From contig DYQZ01000001.1 of the NCBI GenBank assembly GCA_020719005.1, positions 5,779 to 69,778 of the forward strand: a stretch of DNA of 64,000 bases, in the 5' to 3' direction. How positions within the stretch are numbered: the first letter of the stretch is position 1; every line of letters starts with the position of its first letter. A program made the position numbers and the translations under genes. This DNA comes from Candidatus Omnitrophus sp. (GTDB taxonomy: Bacteria > Omnitrophota > Gorgyraeia > Zapsychrales > Fredricksoniimonadaceae). The notes beneath the pieces are model-generated. The model had not been told where the DNA came from, searched no databases, and was given only the letters and a program-made list of their open reading frames with translations. Below, in pieces: positions 9,263-20,000 of the stretch.

Positions 9263-10480
9263 ATGACGTGGAAAGCAAAAGCATTGTTCATCGGCGCGGT
9301 GTTGTGGATCATCACCACAGGGGATGCGCCCGCTGATATTTTTGAGCGATACAGCGATCCGTCAATGTTGCGACAAGAGGCGTTGCGACTGGATCGCACA
9401 GGTTATGACGCCACACTCGTCGGCGGCTATATCGGCATTCCTGCGGGTGATGTCCTTTCGCCTTCATCCCGCCGGAACTGGTCGGCGAAAAGCGTTTCTG
9501 ATATTGATCCAGAGGAGGTCTTTGACAAAGATCTCCGGCGAATGATCGAACGCGACCGCAAAAGCACGGTGTCGTATTCGTCGGTGTTGTCTAACAACGC
9601 TCTTTTGTTGATGTCTTATGCCAGTCCCGCCATGGCGGATATTTTAAAACATTACAGAGCATCTTTGTTTGCCCGTATGAACATTGAATACGAGCGTTCA
9701 GCACAAAAAGACAATCCTTCGTCGGCGACGCTCGAGCTTTTCTATCGCGCCTCGCTTGATGCGTGCCTTTATCAGGAAAGGACGCGTGGATTTCTCGGCG
9801 GGCTTGAGGTGTGCAGGAAAGAGCCGCCGCTCGGGCACATCAAAGATCCGACCGGGCAATTTGTCACAACACACAGGCCGTGGGCGATCGTGATGGATGC
9901 GCTGACCCGCGTGGGTTTGAACAATCGCGCGGCGCGTCTGGCTGTTGCCATTGCGGGTGATGTGGTCATTGATCCGCAAGGCATCAACGAAACGGCCCAT
10001 ACACGTACATTTTTTACAGAGACCGAAGCCCGCGCTAAAGAGCAGATGACCGATTGGATCAAAATGCTAAGAAATTTTTCCGAAACAAAGCGCGTCAGTG
10101 ATGTTGAACTCGACATGTTAAGTTGGCCTGGTTTTTCTATAACACGAAATGCGCTGAACGATCTTTTGACCCTCAACGAAACAAAACGGGCTTTGTTCAT
10201 TTCCAGGATGGCGCAGTTGTCCGCGAGCGAGGATGTCAAAAACGACCTTCAGGGAGCGTTAAGGGCTTTAGACAGGGGGATGGCTCGTTCTGGAGCGGAT
10301 GATGTCTTTAAGAGCATCCTAAAGGCAAAGAAAGCGGTATTGATAGGGGTATTGGCAGACAAGAAAGACAAGGATGCTGGTTTTAGGGCATCGGAAGAAC
10401 TTTTTGAGGTTTTGTTAGTGGATGCGGATATTGCCAGAAAGCAAATTCTAACAAGCATGGGTGGCGTTAAAACCGAATGA
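9263..10480 (+). CDS. Exported helical protein, possibly TraH/ICE-protein-like
   Basis: Signal peptide (MTWKAKALFIGAVLWIITTGDAPA), mostly helical, 'ALLLMSYASPAMADIL' segment and a Cys pair. Follows traU. Track ORF is 9149..10480. Family assignment is tentative. Confidence 0.5.
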   Translation: MTWKAKALFIGAVLWIITTGDAPADIFERYSDPSMLRQEALRLDRTGYDATLVGGYIGIPAGDVLSPSSRRNWSAKSVSDIDPEEVFDKDLRRMIERDRKSTVSYSSVLSNNALLLMSYASPAMADILKHYRASLFARMNIEYERSAQKDNPSSATLELFYRASLDACLYQERTRGFLGGLEVCRKEPPLGHIKDPTGQFVTTHRPWAIVMDALTRVGLNNRAARLAVAIAGDVVIDPQGINETAHTRTFFTETEARAKEQMTDWIKMLRNFSETKRVSDVELDMLSWPGFSITRNALNDLLTLNETKRALFISRMAQLSASEDVKNDLQGALRALDRGMARSGADDVFKSILKAKKAVLIGVLADKKDKDAGFRASEELFEVLLVDADIARKQILTSMGGVKTE

Positions 10481-10640
10481 AACACGAAAGAAGTTTGTTT
10501 TGACGTAACATATTGATGGTATCTAACTTATGGAACATGTAAGAATGTCCAAAGTAACAGAATGGACAATCTTTTCCGACGGGAATGTGGGTTTATTCCA
10601 GGATGCAAGAATGATGAGGGTGTGAGCAATCGAAGGCGCC

Positions 10641-10802
10641 CCCTCACCCTTCTGGTTCGGGATGACGTGACGGAGGTGTGAGATGACGCGGCACGTCATT
10701 CCGCGGCCGACTTGTGGTGAGCCAGGTCGAACCAAGCCCGAGGAATCGCCGAACGTTGTTACGATCCGTCATATCGAGCCCGCAGGCAAACCGAGACATT
10801 GC
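10641..10802. repeat. Cluster of REP-like short palindromic elements
   Basis: CCCTCAC..GTTCGGGATGAC (10641-10666); GTCATTCCG...GAGGAATC (10695-10747) with nested GTGGTGAGCCAGGTCGAACC; GTCATATCGAG...CGAGA (~10768-10797). Units are bounded by GTCAT/ATGAC and occur in opposite orientations. Confidence 0.5.
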
Positions 10803-10974
10803 TTACGCTATCAATAAATAATTTTTTATACTAATTAATATATAAACAACTAAAATTTATAGTAAAAATAAACAAAAAAGCGGAAATAAAAAATAAATCC
10901 AAAGAAAGTTTTCTCCAAAGCCGTAAGTTGTTATAATTTAAAGGATTACGATAATAAAAAGATTTCTCAAAAAC

Positions 10975-11002
10975 TTGCCACGCCTTGATAATATGCTATA
11001 CT
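10975..11002 (+). promoter_or_regulatory. Putative sigma70 promoter of the giant gene
   Basis: -35 TTGCCA (10975-10980), 16-bp spacer, extended -10 TGcTATACT (10994-11002). Very AT-rich upstream tract ~10810-10970. A second TGtTATAAT at 10929-10937. Confidence 0.6.
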
Positions 11003-11068
11003 CTTCATGTCGTCCTTGGTGGGACGATAGATATGTTTCATGAATAAACCCGTATCAAATGGGAAAAC

Positions 11069-14000
11069 ATGGACGAAAACCGCAAAGACCTCAACAAGAA
11101 CGACATTAGTCCCCTTTTTGGGGATGAGTCTTTGCGCGCGGTGTCTGAAACAAGTAATATTCCAGCAAAAACCCCCTCCACAACGCCCCTGACCCCGAAA
11201 AATGGGCATGCGGCTTTGGTCAATGAATTCAAAAATATGGTTCCCGACGGTGTTACGTCGAAGGATTCAGCTGAGACCTCAGTGCCTCCGGCAGGCGTTT
11301 TTGATGATGTGGACCCCGCTCTCGTAGGTGTGGGCATGGGTTCAGATGGTTTTGTGTTGGGTGCTGAGGATGCTATTGTCACACCCGAAGGTCCGTATTC
11401 CAGCCGTTTTAGCACGTGGATGCGCGTTGTTGCTTTTGCGATCGTTGCTATTTTTCTACCAGATCAGATCAGCTGGGCGTTTAATTATAATCCTGCCGTT
11501 CTTTACGGGAATCAGGTTTCAACGGTCATGGCCCCCATGCCCGGGATGGATCTTCTAACACCAAAACAACTTTCTTCCATGCAGGTTTCGGCCAGCGTTA
11601 CCGACCTCTTAAAACAAGTTTCTGAAAAGAGCGCGGATAAAGTAAGCATCAAACTTGATGATAATCAAGGACTTATGGGCCTGAATGGAAAAGAGCCCGC
11701 TATCCTTGAGATCAACAACGAAGCCAAAATGACCGCGCCCCAGATCGAACAGGTGCGTGCGTGGTTGAGCGATCCGAAGATCAATGCCCTCAATTGCGGT
11801 GTGTTCGCGCTGAAAGAAATATTGTCTGGTAATGGTATAGATAAAACCGTTACAGAACTTGCTGTTACGACGATCAGCACCGATTTGATGGCTAATATCA
11901 TCAAGCCTGGCGATAAAAAACTTAAAGTTACGCTTTATTCCATGACCGAAGTTGCTAAAGCCCTTGGTCTGAACGTCAAGGCCTTAAAAGTGGCACCGGC
12001 TGAAATGCTCGCCCTTCCCAAGCCGTTCGTGGCGCATCTTTCCGACGAGCACTTTATTACAGTTTTAAAGACAGATGGCAATGATGTTGTAGTGAGCGAT
12101 ATGGGCGAAACGCTCCATATGGCGCGCGACGATCTGGCCGCGAAAGCCAGTGGTTTTGTCCTTTCCCGCGTTGATGCCAACATCCTTCCTTCCTATAAAG
12201 AGGTTTCTTCATCCGCCCAGGCTTTCGTGTGGGGCGACCGTTGGAAGCGTCAAAAGCTTCCGGGGCTTGAATCTGCAGGGTCACAGCTGAGAAAATATGC
12301 GATCGACATGACGATCAAACTCGTCACGGCGATCATCGCTTTCTTTTGTGGTCCGGCGGGTTGGATCTCCTGGATCGTTGCTCAGATCGCCGATGCGCTT
12401 ACTAGGATATGTGTTGTGGCGGGTGCTTGTACGGCAAAACAGGCGTTTATCATTAATACAGCAATAGCTGTGGCGACGATCATCTGTACGCTTGGGGCAA
12501 GTTCTTTAAATACAGCAGGACAACAAACCGCAGCACAAGCTGGCGCACAAGCTTTCAAGGGGGCTCTTACAACCGCGTTAGGAACTGTTGTAGGGACTGT
12601 TGTATATGCGGCAATCGGCCTTGCTATTGGTGTAGGCGCGGCGCATTTATTATGGAAAGTCAATCAAAAGATAGACGCAAAATATGGTTCTAGTTCACCG
12701 ATCGCAATGACGTTGAAGGCGGTTGCGTCCGCGGTTGTGACGGGTGCATGTACAACCGGTCTGTTTAGCTGGGGGAACGCTATTAAAGATGGTCTGAAGA
12801 GCATGGCCAGCGGAGTGGGTACAGAAGCGGCAAAACAAGGCGCACAACAAACGGCTGCGGATTTTGCTGTAGCGATGTTTGTTAAGCTTCCGAAGTCGGT
12901 ATTAGATGGTATTGGTATAACCTCAAGTAGTGATGCCTTTAGGAGATTTTTATATACACAAGGCGGTTCTTTGGCTGTACGCATGGCATTTAAAAATAGC
13001 AAGGATACGGCATTGGTTGATGCGTTGGCCACTCTTGGTGGAGCGGCAGCTGGACTGGCGGGGTCTTATATTGAACATGGAGCTACGACTGGAGACTGGG
13101 CGGGTGTTCCAACGTCTCTTGGAGAAGAAATAGAGCCCGTTGATCCTACAACTGTTAATACGATGGCGGAAGCCACTACATCCGACGCGCCCAGGTCAGC
13201 TGTAGGTCAGTGGATCGACACAAAGATCCATAATACGGGTTGGACAGGGGCGATCGTTAGAACGATGGGCAGAGCAACTCTCGAGGCGAGCGTTTCATTT
13301 ACTATGGGCAGGATGGAAAAGAGCGTTGTTGGCGAAGATGATGGTTCGGCCGCTTATCAACAAAAACTTTTGGGGTATCGTTCGTTGAGTTTTGGTATTG
13401 CTGGAATGATCACAGGGGTTTATATAGGAGTACGTTCGGCGTTGGATTCCAATGGAACCGGCATGGTATCTTCTTTCTTTAAGGGTTTTGGGGGTGGCAT
13501 GGTAACTGGCGCTATGGATAGTCTTACCAAAGCGTATGGTAAGCAGGATTTTGATACGATCATGAGTAATGCTCCTAAGCAGGGCGGGATAGGCGGGGAT
13601 GTCGAATATAACATGGCTTTGGTAAATGCGGCTCAAGGCATGTCTAATAATACAGGTATGACCTATGAATATTTCAGCAGTTGGGATGCGCAATGGAAGA
13701 CGATGAAAGAAGAGAACGCCAAGTCTGACAATCCGGTGAGTCAAAAAGAATTGCGCAAGGAATATCAAAAAGCTTTTGGTCGAGATATTCAAAGCACCCC
13801 CGGCATCACAGGGATGAACGGTATTTTAAAGACAGCTAATATTGATATGCGTGTCAAAGCTGTTGAGAGCGGTGTGAGTTGGGCTATGACCCGCGGGCTT
13901 ACTTCAGGCTCTCTTGAGCATCAGCAAGCCAAACGTGCGGTGGTCAAGCTTGGATTGACCTATCGTGGAAAAGAATTATTTGCTGGATCTGATCGACAGT

Positions 14001-17000
14001 TCGCAGAAAAGAACGGTCGTGCGTTGAGTTATTATGTAGAACAGGCTGAATTATATTCTGAAAAAGCCTCCACGTTATGGGGTGAGGGTGCATATACAGC
14101 TACGGTATTTGCTTCCGGTAAAAGAGAATTCAATAGTAATGTCGACAGTGAATATATGCCCGATCGCGATATCGTGTCAAAGGACGGCACGTATACAGCT
14201 AATTTAAAGACGGGCGAGATCAAATATTCAGATGGGCGCGTAGTGGTCGACGCGGCTACTGTTGGAACAATGCTCAACGAGGGTCAGCTGAAGGATCCTT
14301 TCAAAGTTGATATGAACCAGCCGTGGGCCCAGAACACGACTAAAGTCAACGCACGATATATTGATACAAGCTCGATGGGGATCGCACGCTTTGGAGATCG
14401 GTATGCGCTGAATAATGTGCCGAATGTTATTACTATAATGACGCCAGATGGCCAGAAGAGGGTCGTTAATAATCCTCTGGTTCTTTCCAGCTCTGTTTAT
14501 AATTTTGATGCCAAGCGCGCGGAAATGAGTGGTAATCAAGCGGCTTATATTCAAAATTTTCAGCAGGGTCGTTTAGCACAACAAGCGGCGTTTGAAAAAA
14601 CGTTGCCGCCGGAAATGGTTGCAACAGCGCAAGCGTTAGCAAAGAATGATCTGACCAATCCGCAGGTGCAGGCATTGATGAAGGCCAATGGCGGCGATTT
14701 TAATGGCGCCGTTCAGGCTTTTAAGAAAGAAGTGTTGAGGGTTTCCCCGATGCTTTCTTCTCCGAGCACACCGAAAGCATTCAATCATGATGCCCGTTCC
14801 CAAGAGATCGATAATTATTTGCAGCCCGTCGACTCCACTACACTTTGGAGTGTTTCAAGAAGGAACGAATTCGGAAAAGATAATCAGGCGGGGGTTTCGT
14901 TCGGGGTAATTAAAAATCAGGATGGTTCTTCGACACCATCAATGACACCGTCGATGACTTTATATCAGAAGACGCCTTCCGGAGAGCTTCTTGGTGTGGC
15001 CGCTTTTGTTTCAAGGGCTATGACCGCTGATAACACGAACGGGAAGATCCTTTCTGGTCAGGGTAGTTTAATGGCTTTTAATAGAGAAGGAAGTCTTGCG
15101 TCGCTTCGCCAGATGAACAATGAACAAACACCGTCAGAAGCTGTGCTGTCCGGCGGAATATGGGAAAAGACGGCGTTTGGGAATAATGGCGCCTCGTCGG
15201 CAAATATGCTTGATGCAACGTTCAAACAGATGAAGAGCGAAAACATCGACGCAAATATTGGCACCAAGCATTTGGTTTATGCCGGCATGGGCGATGGGAA
15301 CGAAAAGGCCGCGGCCTCTGTTGCGAACGATTTTATTTCTACTGATATGGGGTCTGGGGAAAGAGCATTAACAACAGTGACGACGCGTGATGTTATAGGC
15401 GCACGAAATATTATTTACTCGACGGATTCACAGGTTATTTCAAATCAAAATATTGAAAAGAACACGGGAAGATTTGTTACTGGGGTCGCGGTTGATAAGA
15501 GGGTTAATTTGCCCATGTTCTTGATGCCTGATAATGGCGTCTCCGGTTTAGGTGTGCGGCAGCTTTTGTTGAATGGTTCTTCGGAAATAGTAGATGAAGG
15601 CACGAGCCGTTTTCTTGGTGATGCTAAATACGCCACAGATGAAAATGGTTTGGCGGAGGCAAAAGGTTTTAGTTTTGATGGAAGATTGAAAGGAATAACA
15701 GTTGATGGCAAGACACAAGGCCGTGTGCTTTATCAATTCTCTGCCGGCGAGTCATCTAAAGATCCGTTTCAAAAGAACGGAAGTCAAGGAGAGATGAGTC
15801 AAGTTCGTGGGGAAAAAGACGCGTATCCTTTCATGCGTGCAGTTAATTTAACTCAGGCTGGGGACAATCTTGTTGTAAAGAATAATGGGAGCAATGGTTT
15901 TCAGATCGAAGGGCCACAGACTTTTCGTTCGACTGCACAGGGCGGCACACATCCGACCATGATGCCTGTTTTGATGAACGACACATACACGTCGACACAT
16001 TTTGCAGCGGCTCTTGTGAATGGAGGAAAGACGGTTACGAAGGATGATAAAGGCAATAATGTATATGAAAACGGAACCATGCTGGATGTTAGCGCGTTTG
16101 AGTCAAAAGATAAGGTTAATGGAAAAGATATTACTAACAAGACGATCGTGAACGGCAGCCTTGTTTATGATGCTCAAAATGGTCAGTGGCTTGCTGAGAA
16201 GGGCAATACAGCGTTGACAGGTAGTGCGGAAAGAACAGTGGACGGAACAAATAAAATAATGGTTTCCAAAGATGCTCCGATCGTGTTGGCAGATCGCAGG
16301 GTTCAATTTACTTTGACTGGTGAGACACAAGAGAATGTTCCAGGGTTCAATAAACAAACACAGCAAGGCTGGGCGCAAGAAGTAAAACAGGGAGAGCTTT
16401 TAAAGCAGGATGAAGCAATTGTGCCGCAAGTCGGCGGCACTGTTGGAATACCTGGTTTTAATGACAATAAAGCACAGATGAAGATGCTGAATGATGTTGA
16501 GAAAGCAAATCAAACAGATGCGAAAATTAGTGGTATTCAAGGGACCAATGGGGAAGCTCTTCCGGCAGTAAATGTTGAAGGTTCTGTTTCTTATCGGTTG
16601 GGCAATGAAAATAGCGCGCTTAATACTGCTTTGTGGGACGGTGGTTCAAAGTTAACACTAAAGGATAGTTCCTTTATTAGAGCTGGAAACAATTTATATT
16701 TTGCAACACCCCAAAAAGGAAAAGAAAAAGAAGTTTCGACTGTTCAGCTCAACTATGACCAAAACGGTAGTATTTATGCTGAACAAAGCGGCGCGCCGAT
16801 CAAACTTGGCCTCTGGTCACACGCATCAAGTTCTGATACACACTTTACAGAATTTACGGTTATGGGTGATCAGTTGGCGCTTACAGGCGCTTTGCCTACG
16901 ACCAAGGGAGATTTGAAATTATTAACTGCAGAGGGTATTAGCGCCCTGGATGCCAATCCAAATTTCTTTAGCGGTAAGACATTAAAAGGTTTGGGTATTG

Positions 17001-20000
17001 ATGGTGAGGCTGTGCATGCCACGGTGGCAACGCATCAAGATGGCACATCTTCTATCTTAGAAGCGCCCCTTGATTATGCGCGTCGTCAAGGAAAAGATAA
17101 TGGAATTGTTCTTGGCACAGATCCCAACATTCAAGTCAGGCAACAAAAACCACAAACTGTTTTTCAAGGCGATAGTTTTGTCAATAAGAATGTCGAGGCA
17201 AAAGTAGAAACCTTGGCTGATTTTGCATTTGCGCGAAACATGGAAGATAAGGATACTTTAGGTGGTTTCATTGAAAATCGTAATCCTTTGACAGTTAAAC
17301 AAAAGGAATTTGTTTTTCAGCCAGCCGGTATTTCAACTAAAGAATCTGAAGTCCCTGTTGAGGTAGTTGCAAAGAAAGAAGATGTTCTTAATAGCAATAT
17401 TATTGTTGTTACGGCTTCTCGTAATCCAGAGGCATCATCTGCAGGCCAACTCACAAGCGCATTAGCTGGAGGAGATTTTATTCTTTCGGCTGAAGGGGAA
17501 GAAGACACCCTTGAGTTTAACGCTTCTCAAAGCGGGCTTTCATTAGGATTGGGTGAAGGAACAAATATCCGCGTTACCAAAAGTGTTCTGAATGCCGGAA
17601 CGTTCCAGTTTGGATCAAGAAATCAAGACGGTACGTTTCAGGATGTTCACACACTCAGCGCTCAAGATAAAGGCGCAACATTATCCACCGATAATCTTAC
17701 TATTAGTGTTGATAAGCAGGGTCTTGCGTTTAAGAATGCTGCTGATGGTGTGTTGTTGGATTCAGTTGTCTCTAAAGCCGGGTCTGTGGAGGCGAATAAA
17801 GGCATTTCGATGGTCTTTAACAATGATGAACAAGGGAAAAAAGTTAAGGGCTGGATCCAGGCTGATATGGCGGGCAACCGAGTATTAAATGATCAGGGCG
17901 CATGGATCATACCGATGGATATGATGGATGGAAGTGTTGATGGAACAGGAAGCGGTCTTATTGTGACCCATGTTAATGGTCAAGGTTTTCGTTATGCTGA
18001 TATTGTTGGCATGAATGCGGTTTATGATAAAGATGTCGAGGCTGATGACCGGACAAATGATGATACCTGGGCCTTTAAATTACAAGGAAAGAATTTTGAG
18101 CCCGCTTCTGCAGAAGGGGCAGCGCAACAAGGGCCGACCGTTGAGCCAAAAGCCAGAAGTCTGCAACAAGCCCAGCTTCATGCGACTGAAGAAGTGGGGC
18201 GTGGGATTGTTGAACAAGATAGTTCTGCCAATGTTGCTAATGATGTGGCAATCGTTAAAGGACATAAAGGGCTTATTAATACGCCCATAGCCCAACGTTT
18301 ATTAAACACAGATAACATTAGTTACAATTTAACGTATGGTGGTGTGAGCAAAGATGGCGAGATCGTCGTTGGCTCTACCGCTGGTTTAGGCAACAGTGCA
18401 TCGATCGAGCATGTGAATACGAAGATCAACAAAAATGACAATAGGACAATCGAAACAAGAGCTGTTTCATTGATTGGGGCTACAAAGTCCGAAGAATCTA
18501 TCGTAGGACAGGCTATGGGGAAAGTTGACGGTATTTGGAAACGGGGCGGAACATATAAAGAAACACCTAGTGATACAACGACTTATTTCTTTGGCGAGAA
18601 TGAGCTTAAAGATGCTAAGGGTAAAGACAAAGCCAAGATCGCAGGTATTCAGCCGTCAGTAAAAGATACAAATCGCTATTTACATCGGGCTGTTGAAATT
18701 AATGGTTTGTTTGTGATGTCAAAAGTGACAGGAGATCAAGGGGCAGATGTTGTTTGGAATGATGAGTTTGAAAAAGTGATCGCAGGCACTTCAAAAGATG
18801 GAAGATTTTATACAACGGTTGATGAAAAAACGAAAGAAAGAAAAGTTTTTGATGTTGAATCAGGGCTTTTGGTAACGCTTCAGATCGGACAAGATGATAA
18901 AAAGACTATAACAAAGAAACAAGAAATAATAAATCCAATAACGAAGAAGCTTGAAAAGGTTGACGTAGTTGAAACGATCGAGTTTGAGAATAAACACGAA
19001 GTATTACGTACAGGGACGTATGGTTTAGTAAATTATGACACATATGAAACAAAAAAGAGCGCGACCCCTGAAGTTAGCAAAGTGATTGTTTGGGACGGTG
19101 TTGAATATAATATGATCACATATCTTGCTGGAGACCGGCAGATTGTGAAGCTTGTGAATACTAAGATGGAATATGATGTTTTTGATTCGTTAGCAAGAAC
19201 AGATGTTGGTGCTTCTATTGCTGGATATTTTGTTCCTAATGCAAATATGCAAGATGTGCAACGCGTTGCAACAAGTAATCAAAAAGCAAAACAGGAGCAA
19301 AATGTTTTTGTTTTTGAAGTAAATAAAGAAGGTACGTGGGCGCCGTTAAAGATAGACCTTGGTGGCGAATATAGCGCCCCATTATCCAAAGATACGCAAC
19401 TTTGGATCGATCAGAAAACGGGCGTGGTTTCGTTTGGCCCAGTAAAGAATGCTGATGGCAATGTAGGTAAAAATGATTATTTGGTGGTATCTCATCATGA
19501 CGTGGTTACAAAGAAGTATTCTGGCTGGTCGAAGTGGATGGCTAGAAGAAATGTGGGTGGGTTTCTTGATGGTTCGGATTTTTCAACCACATTGAGCACA
19601 TCATTGGCCGCAAAAGGTCATACGGCTTGGTCAGAAGTGTTGGCTCCGAGTAATACGAGTGGGCTTAATGGAGTGGCCACGGTTGCGACTATTCCTCTTA
19701 TTGCTGCAGGCACAGCATTAAGAGTGGCTCAGGCTGGCGGTATTGTGTTGAAGACAAGCCAGACTATTGGAGCTGCGAGTAAGATTTTGAATGTTGCGAA
19801 AGCTACAGGGGATGCGTTCTGGATTGGGAATGCTGTTGTAACGAGCACGGGAATTCTTCGCGGACAGTCTTTCAGTGATGCGACAGCGACTGGTTTTTCT
19901 TCTGGTTTGTCTGCTGCGAAATTGAATTTAGGCATTACGGCTCTTGGGTCTGTGGCTAATGGGCTAAATTCGGCATTGTTAGCTAGTAAGACCGTGAAAA

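Noticed and set aside
8024-10480. Conjugative element/ICE
   Set aside because: No integrase, relaxase, VirB4/TraC or coupling protein in the window. Cannot be excluded outside the window.
10481-11068. CRISPR array, tRNA or intrinsic terminator in the intergenic region
   Set aside because: No regularly spaced direct repeats, no cloverleaf, and no clear GC hairpin followed by a U-tract.
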